Below, in pieces: positions 8,656-17,906 of a DNA stretch of 64,000 nucleotides. The stretch is from the IMG/VR virus record IMGVR_UViG_3300017754_001832; one strand, written 5' to 3'. Below the pieces are notes generated by a model. That model did no database searches, was not told where the DNA came from, and saw only the letters and a program-made list of their open reading frames with translations. The first letter of the stretch is position 1. The number at the start of each line of letters is the position of its first letter. The stretch comes from a virus. A program made the translations under genes and the position numbers.

Positions 8656-8850
8656 AAGCCAGTAACGCACTACGCCTACGTCCGGACGGGGATGTTCGGT
8701 TCGGACACCACGATCACGGGCTCTGCCTGCGGTCGGGAGACGGGCCTCGAAGTCGGCATCAACTCCGACGACGATCTCGACAAGGTCACGTGCAAGCTGT
8801 GCCTCAAACATCCTCGGTATCTCAAAGCGAAAGCAGCAGCAGCCAAATGA
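8656..8850 (+). CDS. small Cys-containing protein (64 aa), possibly a regulator
   Basis: ATG after the promoter-like element. The track ORF 8362..8850 extends over the regulatory region and is probably too long. Confidence 0.4.
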   Translation, partial: KPVTHYAYVRTGMFGSDTTITGSACGRETGLEVGINSDDDLDKVTCKLCLKHPRYLKAKAAAAK

Positions 8851-9275
8851 ACACCCCGATCCTGCCCACCAAGCGTCAACTCGACGAGCGCGACTTCTTC
8901 ATGCGCCGCCACGAGAACAACATCGAACACGCCTCGCCGGCTCTGCTCTCCACCATCGACCAGAACATGCCGCCGCCGGTCATCGTGAACTCCATCAAGA
9001 CGATGGACAACCTCATGGTGGGCCTCGGCCCTCGCATGATGCTGATGATGATGGCGGACACCTGCATGGGCCTCATCACCAACTCGCCGCCGGTAGATAA
9101 GCGGGCGATGGAGATCGAACTCGGCTCGTGGAACCGCGCGCTCTACATGCTGGCGAACCACCCGACGAAGTATCTGGAGATGGCGCAGGAGTTCGAGTTG
9201 CTGCGCGCCGTGAAGATGCGCGACGAGGTCGAGCCCGGCGACGTGGTTTCGGAAAAACCGAAAACGGATTCCTGA
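8848..9275 (+). CDS. hypothetical protein (142 aa)
   Basis: ATG in frame within ORF 8790..9275. Lower-GC gene. Confidence 0.5.
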
Positions 9276-9446
9276 AAACGAATCTCTGAAAACGAATCTG
9301 ATTTTATGAATCTGATTCTACGAAGCGACGAAACGAAAAGCGACTGAGGGGAAGCGACTTTGGGTTATCTGTTTGACCGAGCGATCCGGATCAGCCACGA
9401 CACGGGCAAGCAGTGCCCGGTCGCCGAGGGACGTGCCGTCTACGTG

Positions 9447-10148
9447 ATGGAGAACGCCGCTCGGGAAGCCGCCGCCCACATCTTCGCCGGCATGGCGTCC
9501 GAACAGTTGATCCGCTTCCTGTTCCTCCCGTTCCCCGAACTCTGCATGGAGTGGCGCCACGAGGACGAGCAGGTCTGCGTGCTGATCGAAGAGTCGAAGG
9601 CCACCAACTCGAAGACGGGCGAGGAGTTCGACTCGGTCACGGTCGCGATCCTCGTCGAGAACGAGGCAGGCCGTCAGTGGCAGGCGTCGATGTATTACGT
9701 CCGCGCGGTGAACAGCAACGGCAACATCCCGTGGGATGAATCGCCCGCAGCGAAAGCGATCCCCGAGAACAAGCGGATGTCGAGCGACGCGCACAAGAAC
9801 CTGATGGCAGAGATCATCGTCCAGGTCGCGCTCCTCAACGCGCCAAACCTCCGCACCGCCGAGGCGCGCGACATGAGCAAGCTCAACAAGGCTCGCGCGA
9901 AGAAGGGACAGCCCTTGCTGTGCGGCCACACCGTGATCCGCCCGGCCGCAGAGACCCGTGAGTGGCTGCGCGCAAACGCCGACGTGGACCGCAAGCCCGC
10001 CATGCAGCATTGGGTCAAAGGCCACCTCCACACCTACTGGACAGGCCCCAAGACCGAACAGCAGAAGCCCGTCATCAAGCTCCTGGCTCCGCACAAGCGC
10101 GGCAACCCGGAGCGGGGTGAGAAACCCCAAAGGTACATCGTCACATGA
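9447..10148 (+). CDS. hypothetical protein (about 233 aa)
   Basis: ORF 9360..10148, with the start set at the first in-frame ATG. The antisense ORF 9318..10130 is judged spurious. Confidence 0.5.
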   Translation: MENAAREAAAHIFAGMASEQLIRFLFLPFPELCMEWRHEDEQVCVLIEESKATNSKTGEEFDSVTVAILVENEAGRQWQASMYYVRAVNSNGNIPWDESPAAKAIPENKRMSSDAHKNLMAEIIVQVALLNAPNLRTAEARDMSKLNKARAKKGQPLLCGHTVIRPAAETREWLRANADVDRKPAMQHWVKGHLHTYWTGPKTEQQKPVIKLLAPHKRGNPERGEKPQRYIVT

Positions 10149-10828
10149 ACTCTTTTCAGAAACGTGCGGCAGCCGACAAGCGCAAGCCGCCCATCACAAC
10201 CAAGATGACGGCGGAGGAGTATCTGCGCCGTCAGAACGCCCGCCCTCCGTTGGAGCCGGTGTGCGAGGGGTTCCTGTTGACCGGCGTGGGATACTGCACG
10301 CTCCGCGAAGTCTGGGAGGGTCGGGGACTCAACAAGAAAGGTGCGTCTCTAACTGACAGAACAAAGGCCGTCCAAGCCTTGATCGCGAAGCACCCCGAGA
10401 TCACGCTAGCCTTGCTCACGATAGGAGCCCAAGTCGCCGTGGGCGAGATCAGGGCTACTGAATCGCAGAACAAGATGCGGGCCGCGATGAACCAGCCGGA
10501 ACGGGCCAAGCACCTGCACAATAAACGATCCGCGACTGTTAAACGGCGGCAGGCGGAGGACTCGGTCGCCCTCACGAAGATCGCAGCGTTCGACCGGATC
10601 GTTGAGATGCTTGACCACCAGAAGGTCGGCGACAAGATGCTCGGAGACTGCCGCAAGTCTGATCTTCTTCGCGAGGCCGTTCGTCTCGACACAATTTCAG
10701 ACGAGGCGAAACTGCGAGCATCCTTCTACCGCCAACTCGCCAAAATGATCGGAGACAAGACAGTTCGCGGCGCACAGGACCGTGGCGGCATCGTTGCCCT
10801 CCTGACCCACACCTTTCAGGACGCTTGA
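10145..10828 (+). CDS. hypothetical protein (227 aa)
   Basis: ORF whose start overlaps the upstream stop (ATGA). Confidence 0.55.
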   Translation: MNSFQKRAAADKRKPPITTKMTAEEYLRRQNARPPLEPVCEGFLLTGVGYCTLREVWEGRGLNKKGASLTDRTKAVQALIAKHPEITLALLTIGAQVAVGEIRATESQNKMRAAMNQPERAKHLHNKRSATVKRRQAEDSVALTKIAAFDRIVEMLDHQKVGDKMLGDCRKSDLLREAVRLDTISDEAKLRASFYRQLAKMIGDKTVRGAQDRGGIVALLTHTFQDA

Positions 10829-10829
10829 C

Positions 10830-11084
10830 ATGAGCATTCGTTGGACCCTCTGGACTGCCGGCGCAGCCTACCGCCTTTGGGTGGGTCTGATGATCGGCGC
10901 CGCGATCATGGGTGGCTGCGCCTCGCCGCCCAAATACAATTGTGCGTACTGGACACAGTTCGAGCCTGACATGCAGGCGAAAAGGGAGTATTGCTTTCCC
11001 GACTGCCCGTCCTGCGGCCCTGTGATCCGCAGCCGGAACCCCTACGAAGGACTCAAGCGCGATGTCGAGCCACAAGGAACTTGA
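10830..11084 (+). CDS. putative lipoprotein (84 aa, Cys-rich)
   Basis: N-terminal hydrophobic segment ending IMGGC (lipobox-like). Confidence 0.4.
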   Translation: MSIRWTLWTAGAAYRLWVGLMIGAAIMGGCASPPKYNCAYWTQFEPDMQAKREYCFPDCPSCGPVIRSRNPYEGLKRDVEPQGT

Positions 11085-11265
11085 TTGGATTATCGAGCGG
11101 GCGCCCGTCACGAAGGCTATTCGCCGGGCACAAGACCTCTCGATCAACTTCTACTACCGGGCCGACATCGGCATGTCGGAACTCATGGATGCCTGCCACA
11201 GCATCTTCTATGCGCGCCTGGTCGAGGTGGACACGAAGCACTACGGCTGCGTGCAGGAGATGTGA
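11062..11265 (+). CDS. hypothetical protein (67 aa)
   Basis: ORF. Confidence 0.4.
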   Translation: MSSHKELDWIIERAPVTKAIRRAQDLSINFYYRADIGMSELMDACHSIFYARLVEVDTKHYGCVQEM

Positions 11266-11474
11266 TGAGCTACGCCGCACAAGTCAGAACCATGACCGCG
11301 TCCGAGCGGTTCGAGCTAGTCAACGCACTGCTCGCGATCTCGATCCAGCGCCACGGCCCGTTGGTGATCTCCCGAGCGGATGTCGCTCTCGAACTCATGG
11401 GGGCCGCGCACAAGACGGTCTACATCAAAGACCTGCCCAACGGCGACTTCGAGGTGATGGTTCACAAGCAATGA
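11265..11474 (+). CDS. hypothetical protein (69 aa)
   Basis: ATG inside the track ORF 11085..11474. Its stop overlaps the next start. Confidence 0.4.
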   Translation: MSYAAQVRTMTASERFELVNALLAISIQRHGPLVISRADVALELMGAAHKTVYIKDLPNGDFEVMVHKQ

Positions 11475-12088
11475 CCCGGCGCGAGCAGATCGAAGCGAAG
11501 ATCGCGGCCCGATCCCACTACGAGGATCGCGGATACGAGACGCCATGCCGTATCTGGGATGGCCCCAAGAGCGGCGACCCCGAGAAGACGCGGGGCCACG
11601 GCTACGGGCGCATGAACCTCGACGGCGCAACTGTTGCAGTTCACATCGCCGCGTGGGTCAACGTGAACGGCCTGATCCCGCCGCGAAAACAACTCGACCA
11701 TTTGTGCCATCAACGGGACTGCTGCGAGGAGCGACACTTGAAGCTGAAGACGCACAAGCAGAATCAGCGCAACAAGAAACCGAAGCTCTCCCTCGTCGAG
11801 GTTGACCTGGCCCACATCGAACAGCGCGTGGTCGCGGCGATGATGGATGCGAAGCCCCTGCACCGGATGCCCGGCCAGCACGAGCCGGTCGAATACGGCC
11901 ACACGATCACAGGCCGTATGCGCCGGGCCAACCCGAACCCGTGGGGTGGCTACAACGAGAACGTGCCGGCGCCTGACGGCTTCGACCCGACGAACCCGAG
12001 TGACTCCTCCTACAAGGACCAGGTCATCGGTCACGACATACCCGCAGACCGGCTTCCGCCGGCCGCGCCTATGGTGGAAGACGAATGA
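11471..12088 (+). CDS. HNH homing endonuclease (205 aa)
   Basis: GYGRMNLDGATVAVHIAAW...QLDHLCHQRDCCEERHL is the classic phage HNH (HNH_3-type) motif. Confidence 0.8.
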   Translation: MTRREQIEAKIAARSHYEDRGYETPCRIWDGPKSGDPEKTRGHGYGRMNLDGATVAVHIAAWVNVNGLIPPRKQLDHLCHQRDCCEERHLKLKTHKQNQRNKKPKLSLVEVDLAHIEQRVVAAMMDAKPLHRMPGQHEPVEYGHTITGRMRRANPNPWGGYNENVPAPDGFDPTNPSDSSYKDQVIGHDIPADRLPPAAPMVEDE

Positions 12089-12372
12089 AAACGAAGAAGC
12101 CCAAAGAGCCGTTGCCTGTCCCTGAGAAGGCGACCTCCTGCATGATGACCTCGATCCCGAAGTCAGCCGGCGTGTTCTGGACGCCTGGCATCGGCTACCG
12201 CGAGAAGTATTACCAGCCGACCGCGCTGGTACTCTACTTCGACGGATTCGGCCTGCGCCGCGTCTACATCAACCAGAGGGGCCAACATTGCGTGAAGATC
12301 AATCGGCGCCATCGCCGAGTCGACATCGCAACCATGTCCCTCATCCAGCCAAAGGTGCCTGATGCGAATTGA
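12085..12372 (+). CDS. hypothetical protein (95 aa)
   Basis: ORF. Confidence 0.45.
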   Translation: MKTKKPKEPLPVPEKATSCMMTSIPKSAGVFWTPGIGYREKYYQPTALVLYFDGFGLRRVYINQRGQHCVKINRRHRRVDIATMSLIQPKVPDAN

Positions 12373-12568
12373 AGTCTTCAACGCCTCGAAGAAGCACATC
12401 TGGACGCTCGAAGTCGGCTTCCCTGTGCCTCGCATCGGCGAGACCATCACCTTCAGCGAGCCCTACCCGAACCGCAACCCGCATCGCGTGATCCACGTCC
12501 ACTATGTCGCCGTCTCTGGCATCGGACAGTCGCACGCGGAGATTTTAATCAACGAGGAAGCACCATGA
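12362..12568 (+). CDS. hypothetical protein (68 aa)
   Basis: ORF. Confidence 0.4.
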   Translation: MRIEVFNASKKHIWTLEVGFPVPRIGETITFSEPYPNRNPHRVIHVHYVAVSGIGQSHAEILINEEAP

Positions 12569-12903
12569 GAATTGCAACCAAGCTCGGCCTTGCGGAGTGG
12601 TTCGAGAAACAAGCTGCCGATGAGGAGCGAAGACTCGCTCAAGGCCATCCCTACGCGGACCTCTACCGGGACCGCGTGGAGCAGTATGTCCACAACTGCC
12701 GCACCGCCGCCTACGCGATCCGCAAGCTCACCACCGAGCAGGAGATCGACATGCTCGAATGGCAGGCCGGCGGGCCTGACGGATCGGGAATCGAGTCCTA
12801 CGACAACCCGATCAAGATCGTGCGCCCGGTCGCCGAGATCGAGCCGCCGACGAAGCGTTCGTGGATCGACAACTTCCGTGATCCGCTCTGGGACTACGGC
12901 TGA
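12565..12903 (+). CDS. hypothetical protein (112 aa)
   Basis: ORF. Confidence 0.45.
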   Translation: MRIATKLGLAEWFEKQAADEERRLAQGHPYADLYRDRVEQYVHNCRTAAYAIRKLTTEQEIDMLEWQAGGPDGSGIESYDNPIKIVRPVAEIEPPTKRSWIDNFRDPLWDYG

Positions 12904-13148
12904 TGCCGTATCGTCCATTGAAGGGGCGCCCCGACCCCGAAGAGATCGCGGAGGCCATCAGGTGGCTCCAGAAGAACGATGTCGATGACGATTCCGGCCG
13001 GGCGTGCGGGAAGGTCGCGGTCCTCCTCCAGAGCATCCGGAAGAAAGACCTCAAGAGGATCGAGGAGAGCATCACGCTCGACACGATCCGGGCCTCGGGG
13101 CTTGGCGAACTCCTCGGGGTGCTGGATTCCGAGGGAAAACTCGGGTAG
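12903..13148 (+). CDS. hypothetical protein (81 aa)
   Basis: ORF. Confidence 0.4.
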   Translation: MPYRPLKGRPDPEEIAEAIRWLQKNDVDDDSGRACGKVAVLLQSIRKKDLKRIEESITLDTIRASGLGELLGVLDSEGKLG

Positions 13149-13220
13149 GGGAAATTCAACCTTTTCTGACCCGCAAAAAATTATTGACGAATTGCCGATG
13201 GAAACGAGTCTCGAAACCTA

Positions 13221-13613
13221 ATGGCGGCCCGCTCTAAAACTCCCAAGCTCGACGCTGCCGTGGCCTGGCTCGCACAGGCGAAGAAGGGCGAGCGTATGGA
13301 GGTCTGGCGTGGTCATCTCGACCGTGCCTGCGCCACCCCCGAGTCCAACATGAGCAACGCGCAGCGGCGGACCCACCAAGCCGCCGCGCGCAAGGCCCGC
13401 AAGCTGGGGAAGAAGCGGCCCGACCCGCCCGATCCATACGCCAAGGTCCGCGAGGAAGCCCGACTCATGATCGAGTGGCTTGAGCGCAATGAGCTTCGCG
13501 GTCTGATCGAGATCAAGATCACGGTGATGGATGCGAAGCTGCACGACCGCATCTACGAAGTCGAGTGCGCGGTCCAACGCAACGGGCTTGCAGCGGTGAG
13601 GGCACGTCGATGA
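13221..13613 (+). CDS. hypothetical basic protein (130 aa)
   Basis: ORF. Confidence 0.45.
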   Translation: MAARSKTPKLDAAVAWLAQAKKGERMEVWRGHLDRACATPESNMSNAQRRTHQAAARKARKLGKKRPDPPDPYAKVREEARLMIEWLERNELRGLIEIKITVMDAKLHDRIYEVECAVQRNGLAAVRARR

Positions 13614-14728
13614 TCCCAGCATACTACAACGAGTTCGACGAGTTCGCTGCGCAGTGGCTCCGCAACCTCATCGCGGCAGACAAGATCGCGCCCGGCGAAG
13701 TCGACTCACGCGATCTCTGGGACGTTGCGCCCGATGATCTCAAGGGCTTCGGCCAAGTCCACCTCTGCGCCGGCATCGGCATCTGGTCGCACGTCATACG
13801 ACAACTAGGAGTCCCTGATGACTACCCAATCTGGTCCGCATCCTTCCCTTGCCAGCCTTTCAGCGCGGCAGGTCAAGGACTTGGGTTTGCTGACGAGCGG
13901 CACCTATGGCCCGCCGGGCTTCACGTCATTCGAGAGCGACGCCCTGTCCGCATCGTTGGCGAACAGTCTTCAGCGAAAGCTGGACTCGCTTGGATGGAGC
14001 TTGTTCAAGCTGATCTGGAAGCCGAGGGCTATGCCGTCGGGCGGACAGATATATGCGCTGCGGGGTTCGGCGAGGCCCCAGGAAGATCGTACCATATTCG
14101 TCAACGACTCTATTGGGGTGCTGCGCAGTTGGCCGACGCCGACAAGCCGCGATCACAAAGACGGCGCGTCAATCGGGACGGCGGAGACGAATGGCTTGCT
14201 CGGGCGGGTGGCTTGGCTAGCAGGCTGGCCGACAGCGGTAGCCTCCGACGAGAAGTGGCGCTACTCCAATCAGGACGCAGCACTTCGCAGGGCAGCGAGC
14301 GGCAAGCAGATGTGTCTGGAGTCGACGGCCCATCTCGCGGCGCCATTGAGTGGGTGGGCGAGCCCGACGGCATCCGACGGCTCCGGTGGACGAACGAAGA
14401 AAACCAAGGGCGGGGGCGGGGCCTACGTGGACGCACAGGCGAGGCTGGCGGGGTGGCCGACACCTCTGGCGGCGCCGACGGGCCCGGCGAGCCACGGGCA
14501 GAGCAGCGGCAAGTATCGGGAGAAGGTTCTGGAGCTAGTCGGCGATCCGTCGATCTCATCCTCTGCAACGACCCCGAAGGTCCGGTTTACAGGCCGGTTG
14601 AGGTCGGGACATTCCCGCTGGCTTCAACGGATACCCACCGAGTGGGCCAACTATCTGCCTACGGCAACGCGCTCGACACGGAAGCCGCCAAAGCCTTCTT
14701 CGGGGCGTGGATCGAGCACGCCCCGTAG
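13610..14728 (+). pseudogene. DNA (cytosine-5)-methyltransferase, disrupted by two compensating frame changes; WPTP-repeat target-recognition domain is in an alternative frame
   Basis: Frame A carries motif IV (FPCQPFSAAG), the ENV-like region and AAGFGEAP. Frame B, from about 14080, carries PQEDRTIFV (motif VIII), the WPTPxxxD repeats and RLRSGHSRWLQRIPTEW (like RLTPRECARLQGFPDDW). The C-terminal YGNALDTEAAKAFFGAWI (motif X) is back in frame A. Confidence 0.65.
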
Positions 14729-14819
14729 GAAACTTGATCGGATTCTGGGTTGACTCCCTGATTATTGCCACCCCAAGCCCCGTGGTGTAAGGGTCTATGG
14801 CTAACCCGGAGGACGCAAC

Positions 14820-15158
14820 ATGAGCACGACCGTCGCAGTCTACGGCGAGGACAAACACGTTGGCGGTCTTCCCGTGGGCAACCCCGAGTTCCGATACGAC
14901 GACGTGCTCGGCGCACAGGACTCCAACAGCAACACATGGCCCACTGATTCGCTGGTGCGGATCACCACGCCGCGTCGCCTGACGCGCCTCGTCATTATCG
15001 AGACGGACACGCCGCTCGAAGTCGCTGTGACCTACATGAATGAGACGCCTGACTCGGTCGTCGCCATGCCTGTTCGACCTGCCACGGGTGGCCGCGTCGC
15101 CTACTCGCTCATCGTCGAAGGCGGCCGGGCTAAAGTCTGGACCCGGAGGATCGACTAA
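14820..15158 (+). CDS. hypothetical protein (112 aa) carrying one DSNS motif; possibly a virion protein
   Basis: ORF lying directly upstream of the tail-fibre-like gene. Confidence 0.45.
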   Translation: MSTTVAVYGEDKHVGGLPVGNPEFRYDDVLGAQDSNSNTWPTDSLVRITTPRRLTRLVIIETDTPLEVAVTYMNETPDSVVAMPVRPATGGRVAYSLIVEGGRAKVWTRRID

Positions 15159-16618
15159 TGGGAGCGTTTAGCTACTCCTCTGCCGGCGCCGGAATCCTGC
15201 CCGAGGGCTCGGTGTCTGACGCCGAACTCGCGATCATGGTCGCGCTCTCGATCAAGGGCAACCCGACGAACGCCTCCGCTTCGCCGCAGGACATCGTGGC
15301 GTCTGCCAACGGGCAGTTCCTCGGACGCACCTCAGACGCGCTGTCTTTCCAGGCGATCACGGGCGCTCTCGTATCGAACACCCCCTCGGGAAACCTTGTC
15401 GGGGTTACGGTGCAGGCGGCAATCGACGAGCTTGAGGCGGGTAAGGCAAAGCTGGCATTCAACAACACCTATACTGCAAACACCCACACATACAACTTCA
15501 CGAGCAACGGCTCGCTCTCGCTCAACGGCGATGACGTGACTTGCACCATCACGCAGACGCGGTTCGGGAACAACGCTACCAGCCCGATCATCAACAGCCG
15601 CAAGGCGCGTGGCTCACAGACCACCCCTCTCGTTGTCGCCACGAACGACAGCGCGGGGGTTTACAACTTCACATTCTACGATGGGAGCGGGTACACCACT
15701 GGCGCGCGTCTGACATCCAACGTTATCGAAACTACGCCGTCTTCTACGGCAATGGCGACGCGACCGCGCTTCCTCGCTTGCGCGGTGGGCTCTACGACTC
15801 TCTCCGATCTTGTGGCGTGGGACCACACCAACGGGCAGACGATGTTCGGCACGTCCAACATCGTGATCGACGCCAACCGCATCCTGCGTCCACGCTCCTA
15901 CACGATCTCCACGCTCCCGACGATCACGACGACGGGCATCATCCATTGCTCGGACCTCGGCCCGACGGCGAGTTCGGCAGGCTCGGGCCTGCTCATGTCG
16001 AACGGAACCAATTGGGTTCGCGTATCGCAATCGGGCGTCGAGTCCATCGCCAGCGATGCGGCCTACGACGCGACCTGGCAGTATCTCACGAACGCCCCGA
16101 CCATCCGTGGCGCGGCTTCCATGACCGCAGACCGCACGTACACCCTTGGCACGACTAACGTCGTCGTGGGTGCCCGCGTTCGTGTGGCGAGGCTCAACAC
16201 GAGCGCGTTCAACTGGTCGATTGTCGGCCTGACGACGGCGGTCCTCGCGCGCTCGGGCGATTGGGTCGAGTTCGAGTATTCTCTCGCGGGGTGGATTCTC
16301 ACCGCGCACAACCTCTCGAAGCCGTCCGGTGTCGCCACGATCTCCACAGACGCAAACCACACCGCGACCTACAGCGTTTACGGCGGCGCCGATCACGTGC
16401 GCGGCAACGCCACCTTGACGGCGACCCGCACCTACACGCTTGGCACGACGGGTGCAAAGAACGGCGACCGAGTCACGATCACACGTCTCGGAACAGGCGC
16501 GTTCAATTGGGACATTGTCGGAAGCACCACGGTCTCCCTGACCGCCACGAAGCAGTGGGTCACATTTGAATACGACGGCAGTGCATGGAACATGGCTGCC
16601 GGCGGGACCATCCCCTAA
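15158..16618 (+). CDS. tail-fibre-like protein (486 aa), rich in Thr/Ser/Asn/Gly, with a duplicated C-terminal module of about 55 aa
   Basis: Composition typical of fibre proteins. RTYTLGTTxxxxGxRVxxxRLxTxAFNWxIVGxTT...WVxFEY is repeated twice. Confidence 0.5.
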   Translation: MGAFSYSSAGAGILPEGSVSDAELAIMVALSIKGNPTNASASPQDIVASANGQFLGRTSDALSFQAITGALVSNTPSGNLVGVTVQAAIDELEAGKAKLAFNNTYTANTHTYNFTSNGSLSLNGDDVTCTITQTRFGNNATSPIINSRKARGSQTTPLVVATNDSAGVYNFTFYDGSGYTTGARLTSNVIETTPSSTAMATRPRFLACAVGSTTLSDLVAWDHTNGQTMFGTSNIVIDANRILRPRSYTISTLPTITTTGIIHCSDLGPTASSAGSGLLMSNGTNWVRVSQSGVESIASDAAYDATWQYLTNAPTIRGAASMTADRTYTLGTTNVVVGARVRVARLNTSAFNWSIVGLTTAVLARSGDWVEFEYSLAGWILTAHNLSKPSGVATISTDANHTATYSVYGGADHVRGNATLTATRTYTLGTTGAKNGDRVTITRLGTGAFNWDIVGSTTVSLTATKQWVTFEYDGSAWNMAAGGTIP

Positions 16619-16631
16619 GAGGAATACGGAA

Positions 16632-17099
16632 ATGAAAATCGAGAACCGGGTCGTCTCTTTCTACGCCCAAATCCACGACGTGAACGCACCCGAGCGCGGC
16701 TTCGGCTACCACGTCAATTACGTCGAGGTGAAGACCTACGACGACGGCGAGGTGGTCATCAGCGGCGAACGGCAATGCAATGCCGCACGCGCTCTCGAAC
16801 TCGGCCTCGATCTTGGGCCGTCGCTCGCGGCGCTCAACCTCACGGCGCAAGCGGTCGCAGAGGAAAGCCACCAGCGCGCGGAGAAGGCGGAGGAGGCTGT
16901 TGCGGAGAAGCAGGCCGAGGTAGATCGCAATCAGGCGCTCGCCCTTGAGGCCATCCGGCAGCGCGATCTCGCCCTCGCCACGGTTAGCGCGGCACAGGTC
17001 GTCGCGGAAGTCTCAGCGGAGGCTGCGGTCGGGGCCCCTGCCGCCGAGGAGAAGTCCGAGTCCCTCATCAGCAAATTGACGCTGGGATTGTTTGGATAG
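16632..17099 (+). CDS. hypothetical protein (155 aa), possibly a tail-fibre assembly or chaperone protein
   Basis: ATG after an RBS. Ala/Glu-rich coiled-coil C-terminus. Position after the fibre-like gene. Confidence 0.35.
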   Translation: MKIENRVVSFYAQIHDVNAPERGFGYHVNYVEVKTYDDGEVVISGERQCNAARALELGLDLGPSLAALNLTAQAVAEESHQRAEKAEEAVAEKQAEVDRNQALALEAIRQRDLALATVSAAQVVAEVSAEAAVGAPAAEEKSESLISKLTLGLFG

Positions 17100-17211
17100 G
17101 CGCTTGACACAGGATTCATCTGAGTTCATGTTCGGCCCGTGGCGAGCAGGGTGAGAGTCCCCCGACCCGTGCAACCCACACCCTTTCCAGGGGTTGACCT
17201 CCCTAAACTCG

Positions 17212-17252
17212 GCCCGGCGGGAAACCGTCGGGCCTTCCCTTTTTATGAGAGC
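17212..17252 (+). terminator. Rho-independent terminator (GGCCCGGCGG-GAAA-CCGTCGGGCC followed by TTCCCTTTTT)
   Basis: GC stem with one mismatch and a T-rich tail, at the end of the fibre cassette. Confidence 0.6.
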
Positions 17253-17267
17253 CAGAGGGGATGACCG

Positions 17268-17510
17268 TTGCAAGACAAACCGCGCGATCCGCTGATGAGA
17301 CTCACCGATAACAAGGCGCGTCTTTCGCAGTTCAAGGTTGTTTCCGGCGGAGTCATCAAGCCTGCACCCAAGCCAACCCGGCCGCCGAGCAAGCTCCGCC
17401 GCCTGTTGTGGTGGGTGGGGTTCTTCATCCTCACCGTTTCTATTCCATGGTTCACAGGGCTCACGCTGATCTTCAGCGGGGCTTGGGACTTTCTAACCAG
17501 AGGGCACTAA
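17268..17510 (+). CDS. small membrane protein (80 aa; alternative ATG at 17295)
   Basis: C-terminal hydrophobic helices LLWWVGFFILTVSIPWFTGLTLIF. Confidence 0.35.
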   Translation: MQDKPRDPLMRLTDNKARLSQFKVVSGGVIKPAPKPTRPPSKLRRLLWWVGFFILTVSIPWFTGLTLIFSGAWDFLTRGH

Positions 17511-17513
17511 CCT

Positions 17514-17906
17514 ATGCACAGACCATCGACTGCACGACTCGCCATGCTCGGGGCGGCCTTCGGGTCGCTCATGGCTGCGGCGAAGAACGCATCCGCCGAG
17601 ATCAATCAGGCGGCAGAGGCGTTCAACCTCGAAGAGTTCCAATCGTCGCTCGCGGCGAAAGGCTACCCGGTCCACGCGCACCAGAAGTCGCACACGGCGT
17701 TCCTCAATCAGGAAAGCCGCCGGCCGTCAGAAGCGTACAAGGCGCGTCAGAAGATGCGGCGCCGGTATGACAACGGCCTGCCTGTTCCGCCGGATGTCGA
17801 GGCCGCGTACAAGCGGCACGAGGCAGAGCGTGCGGACATCGCCCGCCGTCGCGCCTTCTACGATCAGCACCCGTCGGTGCGCGCTCGCTTCGCGGTGTCC
17901 GCTTGA
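17514..17906 (+). CDS. hypothetical protein (130 aa) with an N-terminal signal/TM segment
   Basis: ORF. Confidence 0.45.
   Translation: MHRPSTARLAMLGAAFGSLMAAAKNASAEINQAAEAFNLEEFQSSLAAKGYPVHAHQKSHTAFLNQESRRPSEAYKARQKMRRRYDNGLPVPPDVEAAYKRHEAERADIARRRAFYDQHPSVRARFAVSA

Noticed and set aside
9318-10130. Long antisense ORFs (for example 9318..10130, 19124..20539, 33460..35253, 36275..37345, 38215..41628, 62166..63386)
   Set aside because: Their Arg/Ala/Gly/Leu-rich low-complexity translations are typical of high-GC antisense frames, and they overlap genes with clear homology or composition on the opposite strand.
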